A stretch of DNA of 64,000 nt from Syntrophales bacterium (GTDB taxonomy: Bacteria; Desulfobacterota; Syntrophia; Syntrophales; UBA2210), in contig CAXXNF010000001.1 in assembly GCA_963666365.2 (NCBI GenBank), forward strand, positions 1,221,255 through 1,285,254. The letters run 5' to 3'. Positions 38,174-47,127 of this stretch are shown here, piece by piece. A program made the position numbers and the translations under genes. Each line of letters opens with the position of its first letter. Position 1 is the stretch's first letter. The notes beneath the pieces were generated by a model. The model had not been told where the DNA came from and ran no database searches. It worked only from the letters and a program-made list of their open reading frames with translations.

Positions 38174-39453
38174 ATACCGCGGTAGGAACTGCTGGAAAGG
38201 CCGAAGAGAAGTACCACCAGCGCAAGGAGAATGCCGCCGCATCCTACCGTTGCCGGTGCGCCGAAGGCGTCGGCAAAGAGGCTCATCACCATGTTCCCCA
38301 GGGGCAATGCCGAAAAGGTAAGCATATAGACGCTCATGACGCGGCCATGATAGCGCCGGTCGGAACGGTCCATAAGGAGGGCGGCGTTCAGCGCCAGATA
38401 GGATGAAGACACGATGCCCACGATCACCAGTAGTGCCAGGGCAACATAGAAGGAATCACTGAAGGCGAAGAGAGCCACCGTCGCCCCGAAGAGCACCCCA
38501 AGAACAAGCTGCACGATCCCGGGACGCTCCAACCTGCGAATCGAAGCGATCGCGAGAGATCCGATAAGGGCGCCGATGCCGTTTGCCATCATAAGCATGC
38601 CCAGTCCGCCGGGACCGACTGAAAATACCTTTTTCGCAAAGACGGGCATCAATGCTTGAAAGGGCATGCCGAGTATAATGGGGGCAATGCTCAAAACCAG
38701 CAGGACCAGCAGAACCGGGTGCCTCCAAATATAGAGTATGCCTTCGCCCATTGCGCTCCACCCTTTTGTGTCCTCTGCATTCGAAGGAGACCCGCGGTCG
38801 GGAATGTACAGAAGCGTCGCTATTACCAGCGCATACATACCAGCCATAAGGAGATAGACGCCCCCCACATTCATCCAGGGGCCGCCGATCAGCCACCCCG
38901 CAAGAGGGGGACCGATCACCCGGCAGGCATTGAGCCCGGCCCCGTTTAATGCAACGGCGTTCATCAGCCGCTCACGACTGATTATCTCGGCCACGAAGGA
39001 TTGACGGGCCGGCATGTGAAAGGTGAAGGCGCTTCCCATGAAAAAGGAAAGAACCACCATGTGCCATATTCTGATCGCGCCGCATATCACCAGCACAGCC
39101 ATAATCAACGCGCCGGCGGCAGTGATCCACTGAGAAATCAGGAGAATACGCCGCCTTGAATTCCGGTCGGCAACGACTCCCCCAAAAAGAGAAAAGACGA
39201 GCATGGGAACCCCGAAGCCCAGTGAGATGAAACCGATCGACGAAGCTGCCCCCGTCAGTTCAAAGGCAAGGTAGCCGTTGGTGAAGAAATTCATCTGCAT
39301 GGCCAGAACGCCCGGCAGCATCCCGATCCAGAGTACGCGAAAATCCCGCTCCTGAAGCGCCGGAAAGGCCCGTAACCAGGACGCCGGAGGCTTTTCTTTC
39401 CCACCACTCTCCGCTTCAGCGGCCCGAGACCCCTTCTCGGCTTGATTGCCCAT
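38170..39453 (-). CDS. MFS transporter (EntS/MFS_3-like)
   Basis: About 12 hydrophobic segments, FRVLWIG N-terminal motif, VADRNSRRR loop 2-3 motif. Confidence 0.85.
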   Translation of the reverse strand: MGNQAEKGSRAAEAESGGKEKPPASWLRAFPALQERDFRVLWIGMLPGVLAMQMNFFTNGYLAFELTGAASSIGFISLGFGVPMLVFSLFGGVVADRNSRRRILLISQWITAAGALIMAVLVICGAIRIWHMVVLSFFMGSAFTFHMPARQSFVAEIISRERLMNAVALNGAGLNACRVIGPPLAGWLIGGPWMNVGGVYLLMAGMYALVIATLLYIPDRGSPSNAEDTKGWSAMGEGILYIWRHPVLLVLLVLSIAPIILGMPFQALMPVFAKKVFSVGPGGLGMLMMANGIGALIGSLAIASIRRLERPGIVQLVLGVLFGATVALFAFSDSFYVALALLVIVGIVSSSYLALNAALLMDRSDRRYHGRVMSVYMLTFSALPLGNMVMSLFADAFGAPATVGCGGILLALVVLLFGLSSSSYRGI

Positions 39454-39492
39454 TTCGCTCGTCGTTTCGTCCCCTCAGTTTCTTGTCTGCAC

Positions 39493-40563
39493 TCAGACAC
39501 TGAACCGTATATTCAATATGTCGCCGTCACCGACAATGTATTCTTTCCCCTCGAGGCGAAAACGGCCCTGATCCTTGACGGCTTTTTCTGACCCGCACTC
39601 GATGAGATCCTGATAGGAAAAACACTCGGCACGGATAAATCCACGGGCCAGGTCGGAATGGATCGATCCGGCCGCAGCAAGCGCGGTATCTCCGCGGCGG
39701 ATGGTCCAGGCCCGCACCTCGTCCGTACCCACCGTGAGAAAGCTGATATAGCCGAGGGTCTCATAGGCAAAACGGGTCAGCCGGTCGCGGGCGGAATCGG
39801 TGATCCCCATGTCGTCCATAAACAGCCTGGCCTCTTCCTCATCGGTCAGTCGGGAGAGTTCCATCTCGAAAGCGCCGGCAAACTCGATTACCCGGCATCT
39901 TTTTTCAATTTCTTGAAGCAGATCGCCGTTGTTGCCGAATGTGGCCTCACCGGAATTGAGCACGATGAGCACGGGTTTTTTCGAAACAAACTGAAAACCG
40001 GCAATGATCTTTTCTTCGCCGTCACTGAAGGCCATTTCTCTGATCGAACGATTATCGTTCAATTGTTCCTGAATTTTCCCGAGTATACGCTCCTCGGCCT
40101 CCAGTTCGGCCGTCTTTTTGCCTCGCTTATAGCTCCACTCGATGCGTTCGAGACGGGTTTCGATAACGATAAGATCGGCCAGAATAAGCTCCGCTTCAAT
40201 TGTTTCGATATCCTGCAGGGGGTTCGGTTCTCCCGAAAGGTCGTCATGAAAGTTCCGCAGCACCAGCGCCAGCGCATCAAGGGTTTTTATCAACGCCATC
40301 TGACCGGCGGAGAACCCGCCGCCCCGGACCGAACCTCCCGAAAATCCGACGAAGTCAACCACCTCGACGGTTGCATAGGTTACCTTTTTCGGTGAATACA
40401 TTCCGGCAAGGCGCTCAACCCGCTCATCGGCTACGGTGACTACGGCGATGTTCGGTTCCGCCTTGGCCGATGCATAAGCGGCGACCTCCGCGTTCGATTT
40501 AGTCAGGGCGTTGAATATCGTTGTCTTACCGGAGTTGGGAAGACCCAGTAACCCGATTTTCAT
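39493..40563 (-). CDS. ychF: redox-regulated/ribosome-binding ATPase YchF
   Basis: MKIGLLGLPNSGKTTIFNALT, a TGS-like C-terminus, 356 aa. Confidence 0.92.
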   Translation of the reverse strand: MKIGLLGLPNSGKTTIFNALTKSNAEVAAYASAKAEPNIAVVTVADERVERLAGMYSPKKVTYATVEVVDFVGFSGGSVRGGGFSAGQMALIKTLDALALVLRNFHDDLSGEPNPLQDIETIEAELILADLIVIETRLERIEWSYKRGKKTAELEAEERILGKIQEQLNDNRSIREMAFSDGEEKIIAGFQFVSKKPVLIVLNSGEATFGNNGDLLQEIEKRCRVIEFAGAFEMELSRLTDEEEARLFMDDMGITDSARDRLTRFAYETLGYISFLTVGTDEVRAWTIRRGDTALAAAGSIHSDLARGFIRAECFSYQDLIECGSEKAVKDQGRFRLEGKEYIVGDGDILNIRFSV

Positions 40564-40807
40564 TCTCTCTTTACTCCTCCATGTATCCGGTCAATTGCTG
40601 TCATATCAAAAGGATGGAACGTAGGTCCAACGGGGCGGTTTGTCAAGGATTATTTACCGGCAACCGGCGGGCCGGCATGGACATTCCCGCGGATGGCTTG
40701 TGTTTCGGACATGCATGACTATATTATAGGGACAACGGCTTCAAGGAGGATGTGTGCGCATAATCATGTCGCCCCTCTGATCCCTTGAATCCTCAAGAGG
40801 AGGCATT

Positions 40808-40897
40808 ATGCAGGAAATAGTAATTCTCATCCTTATTGTGGGCGGCTGGTTTGCGCTGCAGAAGTGGATCCTTCCGAAGATGGGGGTGGACACCTGA
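40808..40897 (+). CDS. candidate small membrane peptide (29 aa to the first TGA; 49 aa to 40957 if that TGA is recoded)
   Basis: GAGGAGG lies 4 nt upstream of the ATG. MQEIVILILIVGGWFALQKWILPKMGVDT-TGA-MSRACQVTDKKPKEETGKD-TGA, all in one frame. Too short for the ORF track. Confidence 0.35.
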   Translation: MQEIVILILIVGGWFALQKWILPKMGVDT

Positions 40898-40989
40898 ATG
40901 AGCAGGGCCTGTCAGGTGACAGACAAAAAACCGAAAGAAGAAACAGGAAAAGACTGAGGCGTCTCGCGGCGCGACATCCCTCAGATCCC

Positions 40990-41685
40990 TCAGGGCAATT
41001 TTCTTTCTCCCTCCGCAAGGGCCTCAAGGCCTTTGCGGTTTTCAATTTTAATGCGGGCACCATGGCCTTCGATCAGGCCCGCCTCTTCCATTCTCGCGAG
41101 AATTCGGGAAAGCGTCTCGGGAGTGGTCCCCAAAAAGCTCGCCAGATTGCCCTTTGACATGTCAAGGACAACCATGTCCCTGTCCGGCTGCTGCGCTTCC
41201 AGAAAGAGGAGATATGCGGCAAGCCGCCCCGGCGCCTCGCGCAGAGAAAGCCCCTCGATCACCCGCACAAAACGTCGCAGGCGAAGAGAAAGCACCCCGA
41301 GCATGGCCATTGCAAACGAGGGGTCGTCGCCGATAAGACCGATCAACGATTCGCGGCCGACAAAGAGAAGGCGACCGGCCTCGAAGGCCTCGGCATAGGC
41401 GGGAAAGGCCGTCCCCGAAAAGAGGGCGCCCTCGCCGACGGTTTCTCCCGGGCCGGCGAGATGGAGGATCTGTTCCTTCCCCTCGGGGGAAAGCTTATAA
41501 ATTTTGACCCGCCCCTCCAGCACCATATAAAGACCGCCTGCCCTCTCCCCCTCCGAAAACACCGCCTGGCCCCCGGCATAGGAACGGACCAGGGCGATCT
41601 TCGCCAGCCGCTCCCGCTGGGCGGAAGAAAACCCCGAAAAGAGGGGAACGGAAGATATATGCTGAAGAATATTATTCCGGTTCAT
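40990..41685 (-). CDS. Crp/Fnr family transcriptional regulator
   Basis: cNMP-binding fold (VFSEGERAGGLYMVLEGRVKIYK) plus a C-terminal HTH (NLASFLGTTPETLSRILARM). Confidence 0.9.
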   Translation of the reverse strand: MNRNNILQHISSVPLFSGFSSAQRERLAKIALVRSYAGGQAVFSEGERAGGLYMVLEGRVKIYKLSPEGKEQILHLAGPGETVGEGALFSGTAFPAYAEAFEAGRLLFVGRESLIGLIGDDPSFAMAMLGVLSLRLRRFVRVIEGLSLREAPGRLAAYLLFLEAQQPDRDMVVLDMSKGNLASFLGTTPETLSRILARMEEAGLIEGHGARIKIENRKGLEALAEGERKLP

Positions 41686-41877
41686 TCGACTGAGAGTTTT
41701 TTGCGCTGCCCGGACAGTCTGTCGTTAATGAGTTTCAAGACATGGAAATGATCACCCACTGGTTGCCTTCGTAAGATGACAAGATACAGCACTGATATAT
41801 GCGGAAGACATATACATGGTGATGGATGCAACCCATGAAAATCTGAAAATCCGGGGTACATGCCGGATCAATTTATC

Positions 41878-42162
41878 TTAGCCCGATCTCGAGTAATGGA
41901 CAGCTACCTGGTCCCCGTAAATATACACTCGTGTCACCGAATAACCGTTATTCCTATAGCACTCGGGAATATTATAGGTGATCGTAAATTCGGGATCGGG
42001 AATATTGCCCGTCATACCCTGGGCATCAAGATCCTGACGGATGCAGGAATACTGATCCGCAACGGCCTGTGGCGTGCTGAAAAGCCACATCATCAGCATC
42101 GATGCAGCCAGCGCCCCGGCCAGAAAATACGATATCCCCCGAAATCGTTTTATTGTTTTCAT
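41878..42162 (-). CDS. small secreted hypothetical protein (94 aa)
   Basis: AAGGAGG RBS and signal peptide MKTIKRFRGISYFLAGALAASMLMMWLFSTPQAVA. Confidence 0.5.
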   Translation of the reverse strand: MKTIKRFRGISYFLAGALAASMLMMWLFSTPQAVADQYSCIRQDLDAQGMTGNIPDPEFTITYNIPECYRNNGYSVTRVYIYGDQVAVHYSRSG

Positions 42163-42269
42163 GGCTGCCCTCCTTTGAGCGGTTTTCACTGTACAGGTAA
42201 AATTATTGCACGGGATTTCCGGTTTTTTCAACTATAAAAGCAACATGTCAGCCTGATGAACGATATTTT

Positions 42270-42283
42270 TTGACATACATCAA
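42270..42283. promoter_or_regulatory. FNR/CRP-type box TTGAC-ATAC-ATCAA
   Basis: 13 of 14 positions match TTGAT-N4-ATCAA. TATTGT at 42306..42311 sits where a -10 would be for a box centred near -41.5 on the + strand. The site lies in the divergent intergenic region next to the Crp/Fnr gene. Confidence 0.45.
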
Positions 42284-42366
42284 AGCACTTCGCCTCAGGA
42301 ATGATTATTGTACGAACAACAGTGCAGGGACCGACAGGGAACAGTACATCGAAAGGGGAAGACGCC

Positions 42367-43116
42367 ATGAAGATACGAAGAAAAATCATTACCATAGATG
42401 AAGAAAAATGCGACGGCTGCGGGCTCTGCACCGAGGCGTGCAGTGAAGGCGCCATCAGGATCGAAGGCGGCAAGGCCAGGCTGATCGCCGAAAAATATTG
42501 CGACGGCCTCGGCGCCTGTCTGGGAGAATGCCCGCAGGGTGCAATCACCATCACCGAGCGGGATGCGGAGGCCTTTGACGAGATCGCCGTGGAGGCCCAC
42601 CTGCAACAGCACGTGGCGCCTGTCGCCGACGCGTTACCCATGGCCTGCGGTTGTCCCTCCTCCCATATCGAGACCTTTTCACGCCCCTCTGCAGGCGACG
42701 CACCACCACTATGTGCCGCAGCACCTCGAGGCGGCTCATCGGAACTCACCCACTGGCCCGTCCAGATCAGGCTCGTGCCCCCCACGGCGCCGTTCCTTGA
42801 AAACGCCGATCTTCTTGTAGCGGCCGACTGCACGCCGGTGGCCTGCGGGCGGTTTCAGGAGGACTTCGTGAAGGGACGGACAGTGATGCTGGGATGTCCC
42901 AAATTCGACGATGTCGAGGACTACGTGGAAAAATTCGCCCGGATATTTCAGCAGGCGCACATTCGAAGCATCGTCGTCCTTGTCATGGAGGTTCCCTGCT
43001 GTCAGGGACTGCCGATCATTCTTCAAAGGGCCATGGCGCTCTCGGGAAAGCGGATTCCCGTGGAAAGGGTGGTTGTGTCAACCCGGGGCGAAATTGTGGA
43101 AAAACAGACACTATGA
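42367..43116 (+). CDS. 4Fe-4S dicluster ferredoxin-domain protein
   Basis: CDGCGLCTEAC...CDGLGACLGECP motifs, then a conserved-looking Cys-containing C-terminal domain (ADCTPVAC...GCPKFDD...VPCCQG). Confidence 0.75.
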   Translation: MKIRRKIITIDEEKCDGCGLCTEACSEGAIRIEGGKARLIAEKYCDGLGACLGECPQGAITITERDAEAFDEIAVEAHLQQHVAPVADALPMACGCPSSHIETFSRPSAGDAPPLCAAAPRGGSSELTHWPVQIRLVPPTAPFLENADLLVAADCTPVACGRFQEDFVKGRTVMLGCPKFDDVEDYVEKFARIFQQAHIRSIVVLVMEVPCCQGLPIILQRAMALSGKRIPVERVVVSTRGEIVEKQTL

Positions 43117-43263
43117 CAGGAGCTTTGCACCATTCCCTCGGGCGTCACTCTCGTCATGGGGGCAAACGGTCTTACCTGCACGGACACGTGCATCGTTCTG
43201 CATCATCATGCAGCTCCTGTGACGTATTTCATCAGAAAGGCCGCAGAAATGGCCCTGTTGACG

Positions 43264-43743
43264 TCACGGCTCGAGTTGCGCCTTTTTGATTTCCTTCAGT
43301 GCCTTTGGAATCGTGTCCTTGGGACTGACTTTATACCAGGCGTTTCTCACCCTTCCGTTCTCGCCTATCAGAAAGGAAGAGCGGATTATGCCCATGAATT
43401 TTTTCCCGTACATATTTTTTTCGCCCCACACATCGTAGGACCGGGCAACGTGGCGATCTTCATCGGCAAGCAGAGGAAATCCCAGTGCCTCCTTGTCGTC
43501 GAACTTCTTCTGGGCCGACGGGGCATCGGGACTGATGCCGATTACCGAGACCCCCAGAGACTCAAGCTCATCTTTGGCATCCCGCACCGCCCGGGCCTGG
43601 GTGGTACATCCCGACGTGCCCGCCTTCGGATAAAAGTAGATCAGCAGCTTGCGCCCCTTGTAGTCGGATAGTCTGACCATGTGTTCGTTCTGATCGTTAA
43701 GCGCGAAATCGGGCGCCCTGTCTCCCCGCTTGAGCTGAGCCAT
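43264..43743 (-). CDS. bcp: thiol peroxidase Bcp (peroxiredoxin)
   Basis: GGGAGG RBS. FYPKAGTSGCTTQA peroxidatic Cys motif. 159 aa. Confidence 0.9.
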   Translation of the reverse strand: MAQLKRGDRAPDFALNDQNEHMVRLSDYKGRKLLIYFYPKAGTSGCTTQARAVRDAKDELESLGVSVIGISPDAPSAQKKFDDKEALGFPLLADEDRHVARSYDVWGEKNMYGKKFMGIIRSSFLIGENGRVRNAWYKVSPKDTIPKALKEIKKAQLEP

Positions 43744-43747
43744 CGCT

Positions 43748-44383
43748 TCACCTCCCTTGAATAGAGTTGTCAGCGGCCAGGTACTCGTCAAGATAGCGGA
43801 TGATATCCTGTTCTCGGCCGAAATAAAAGTGGTCGGCGCCATCGACCACTGAAAGCAGGCCCCCCGCGCGGGGGGCCTCGTTGCGCAACACATCGAGGGG
43901 GCAGAATTGATCCCGGTCGCCGCATATGATAAGCCCGCATTTTCCTGAAAGGGTCGCAAGATCGAAGGGAACATACTCGATGGGCGGCGACACCATAATA
44001 CAATCGGCAAAGACCGCCCCTCCGGAGAGAACCCGCGAGTTCACCCAGGCGCCGAAGGAATACCCCGACAGGATAATGTCGCCGATCCCCTTCTCTTCCA
44101 GAAAGGACCGCGCGCCCCTGACATCCTCCTGCTCTCCGATGCCGTTATCGAAGCGCCCCTCGCTTCTGCCGACCCCTCTGAAATTGAAGCGGAGCGTCGC
44201 ATATCCCCGTCCCTGAAAAGCGGCAACCATGGCTTCCACCACGTTGTTGTGCATGCTGCCCCCCATCTGGGAATGGGGATGGGTAATCAGTGCCCCGCCG
44301 GTGCCGGCGCCGGATTGGTAGAACCCTTCAAGAGATAGTGATCCGCTTTTAAACCACACCTTCTCTTCGTTCATGATCATCAT
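43748..44383 (-). CDS. alpha/beta hydrolase (dienelactone-hydrolase-like)
   Basis: THPHSQMGG, nucleophile elbow GYSFGA, and a late GADH. ATG 44374 has the better RBS spacing. Confidence 0.75.
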   Translation of the reverse strand: MMIMNEEKVWFKSGSLSLEGFYQSGAGTGGALITHPHSQMGGSMHNNVVEAMVAAFQGRGYATLRFNFRGVGRSEGRFDNGIGEQEDVRGARSFLEEKGIGDIILSGYSFGAWVNSRVLSGGAVFADCIMVSPPIEYVPFDLATLSGKCGLIICGDRDQFCPLDVLRNEAPRAGGLLSVVDGADHFYFGREQDIIRYLDEYLAADNSIQGR

Positions 44384-44386
44384 CCT

Positions 44387-45694
44387 TTATACGAGATAGA
44401 GATCCTCCGCCTGGCGCAGCAGTTCTTCCCTGAAATCGGGGTGCGCGATGCCGATGATGGCAAGGGCCCGCTCTCTGGTTGACTTCCCCTTAAGGTTGAC
44501 GGCGCCGTATTCGGTCACCAGATAATGTACATCCATCCGGGGCGTGGTCACCACCGTTCCCGGCGCGAACCGGGGAACGACACGCGAAACCGCGCCCTTC
44601 TCCGCCGTGGAATAGAAGGCGAGCATGGATTTTCCATCTTTGGAATTGAAGGCGCCTCTCACAAAATCGAGCTGCCCCCCCGTACCGCTGTACTGCGCTC
44701 CGGCCAGAAATTCCGCGTTTGCCTGCCCCAGAAGATCCACTTCCAATATGGAGTTGATGGAAATCATGCGGTCGTTTCGTGCAATTACGGACGGGTCATT
44801 GGTATAGGAGACGGCATAACTCTCCATACTGGGATTGTTGTCCATAAATTCATACATGCGGGTGTCCCCCTGGGCTACAGTAAACACGTTTTTCAACGGA
44901 TGAAGGGTTTTTCTCCGCCCCGTCACCACCCCCTTCTCAATAAGGTCCACCATGCCGGGAACGAAGAGTTCCGTGTGAATACCCAGATCCTTGTGGTCGG
45001 TAAGATAGGCCGTAATCGCATTGGGAATCGCCCCGAAACCAAGCTGAAGCGTTGCACCATCGGGAACCATCTCGGCGATGATGCCACCTATCGTTTCGGC
45101 CTCCGGTTTCGCATCGCCGAGACCCATCTCCAGCAACGGCCGGGTATTTTCAATCACGGCATCCACTTCCGAGATGTGAAGAAGGGAGTCGCCGAATACA
45201 CGGGGCATCCGTTCATTGACCTCAACAATAAGCCGCTCGCAATGACGGGCCGCGGTGGAGGTGAAATCATTCGCCGTGCCGAAGCTGAAAAAGCCTGCCT
45301 TGTCCATAGGGGATACCGTCGTGACCATGCAGTCAATTTCCATGAACTCTCGACAGAGACGGGGAACCTGGTGAAAGTAGTTGGGAATAAAATTATCGAG
45401 ACCCACCCTCACCATGCCTCTGTCCTGGACGCTGACAAACCAGGTATAGGCTTCTATGCAGTCGCTCAGTTCCGGCGCCAGCACCGTCGATGCGGCATGT
45501 GCGAGGGGAAGCAAAGAATAGACCTTTATTCCCCTGAGATCGCCGGCCCGCGCCCGTTCAGCAACTGCCGCAAGCAGAGCGGGCGGTTCGGCGATGCTCA
45601 GCCCGTGGACGAGCGTATCTCCGTTTTGTATCGCCGCAACGGCCTTCTCGGCCGTGGTGAGCTTGCTGCGGTATTCCGCGTAATAGTCTCCCAT
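44387..45694 (-). CDS. acetyl-CoA hydrolase/transferase family (4-hydroxybutyrate/butyryl-CoA:acetate CoA-transferase-like)
   Basis: 435 aa. The ...TELF..., GTGGQLDFVRGA and VVTEYG motifs are typical of the family. Confidence 0.85.
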   Translation of the reverse strand: MGDYYAEYRSKLTTAEKAVAAIQNGDTLVHGLSIAEPPALLAAVAERARAGDLRGIKVYSLLPLAHAASTVLAPELSDCIEAYTWFVSVQDRGMVRVGLDNFIPNYFHQVPRLCREFMEIDCMVTTVSPMDKAGFFSFGTANDFTSTAARHCERLIVEVNERMPRVFGDSLLHISEVDAVIENTRPLLEMGLGDAKPEAETIGGIIAEMVPDGATLQLGFGAIPNAITAYLTDHKDLGIHTELFVPGMVDLIEKGVVTGRRKTLHPLKNVFTVAQGDTRMYEFMDNNPSMESYAVSYTNDPSVIARNDRMISINSILEVDLLGQANAEFLAGAQYSGTGGQLDFVRGAFNSKDGKSMLAFYSTAEKGAVSRVVPRFAPGTVVTTPRMDVHYLVTEYGAVNLKGKSTRERALAIIGIAHPDFREELLRQAEDLYLV

Positions 45695-46117
45695 GGGTCG
45701 CCTCCTTGTTTACCGCATTATAGTTAATGATTGATTGTCAGGTGTCAACAAAATAATCTGCGGGAGCTAAGCGCGGCCTACTAGGGCTCTTTTATAAAAA
45801 ACTTTACAAACAAAATGTGCCAATCCTTTTCAAAGTAGGATGCTTCAAAGTACAGAAGGCGACACATGGTAAACACGGGGCGAAGCCCAGAAGGAATTGC
45901 ATTGAGCAAAAAGGGCCTGAACAGTGTGACTCCCATATTCACTCCCGTTCTATCTCAAAGAGGCTGAGTAATCGCTTCAGTATAATTCCTCTGCCACAGT
46001 CATGCGAGGAAGAGACTATATGTTGGAACAAAGTTCTTGACATATCTGTTTGTTGTTAAGAATATCCCCGATTATTTTACCAGCATTTTATTTGTCGTAA
46101 GAAACAAAGGACTTGCA

Positions 46118-47029
46118 ATGATGACAGCTAGAATGAATGAGGACCTGATTAGAGAGAACAAACAGTTGCAAAGACAGATTAATGAATTAAAATCATTGAT
46201 TAAATGTCCATTTGACAATGACGAACATAATATTCAGAAACTTCCTATAGAATTAATCGCAGAAACAGCTCAAGAGACTATTGTGGTGATACAAGATGAA
46301 AGATACATGTATGCCAATAAAAGAGCTGCAGAAATAACTGGTTATTCGGTTGAAGAAATGTATAGCAAACATCTCAGAGATATAGTGTATCATGAAGATT
46401 ATGATAAGGTAATATCCAGTAATATTAAAAGGATAAATGGATATAAAATAAAATACCGGCACAGGATTATTGATAAAAAAGGACAGATGAAGCATCTGGA
46501 GAGCTTCGGAATAGGCATCTTATGGGAAGGACAACCAGCAACCTTGTGTTTTCTAAACGACATAACCGCTCAAATTAATGCAGAAAATGCATTACGCAAA
46601 AATTCACAGATACTGGAACAGACAAACACCGCCTTAAACGTATTGTTGAAACATCGGGAAGAGGATCTAAACGATGTCGAAGAAAAGGTGATAAATAATA
46701 TCAATAAACTCATTCTTCCATACCTAGAAAAAGTGAAGGCGTTTCCCTTGAACTCTGATGTTGCCTCTTATATAGATATTATCGAAAGACATGTACATGA
46801 AATTACATCTCCTTTTTTGCAAAAGCTGTCCCGACAATTTTTAAATCTTACGCCTCGAGAAATTCAAATAGCTTCTTTGATTAGAAGTGGCAAGCCAACC
46901 AAAGAAATCAGCACAATAATGAACATTGCAATCAGCACAGTAGATAATCACAGAAAAAGCATTCGGAAAAAACTGGGATTAAAATCTAAAAAAGACAATC
47001 TTCAATCCTTTCTCATGTCACTTAAGTAA
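46118..47029 (+). CDS. PAS-domain LuxR-family transcriptional regulator (copy 2, AT-rich)
   Basis: Same architecture as 25106..25972: PAS, LEQTNTALNVLL linker, and LTPREIQIASLIRSGKPTKEISTIMNIAISTVDNHRKSIRKKLGL. Confidence 0.85.
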   Translation: MMTARMNEDLIRENKQLQRQINELKSLIKCPFDNDEHNIQKLPIELIAETAQETIVVIQDERYMYANKRAAEITGYSVEEMYSKHLRDIVYHEDYDKVISSNIKRINGYKIKYRHRIIDKKGQMKHLESFGIGILWEGQPATLCFLNDITAQINAENALRKNSQILEQTNTALNVLLKHREEDLNDVEEKVINNINKLILPYLEKVKAFPLNSDVASYIDIIERHVHEITSPFLQKLSRQFLNLTPREIQIASLIRSGKPTKEISTIMNIAISTVDNHRKSIRKKLGLKSKKDNLQSFLMSLK

Positions 47030-47127
47030 CAGCTATATCATATAGCTAATATTATACCAATATTGGCTTATTGCCTTTTCTATTCCCATATGCTCATACT
47101 CACCGAAACATTACTAGAGGTGAGATT

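Noticed and set aside
40864-41157. 97-aa + ORF and 76-aa minus ORF overlapping the sORF and the crp 3' region
   Set aside because: They are Arg/Lys/Gly-rich with no RBS, and they overlap the well-supported Crp/Fnr gene in antisense. The strong-RBS sORF at 40808 explains the region better.
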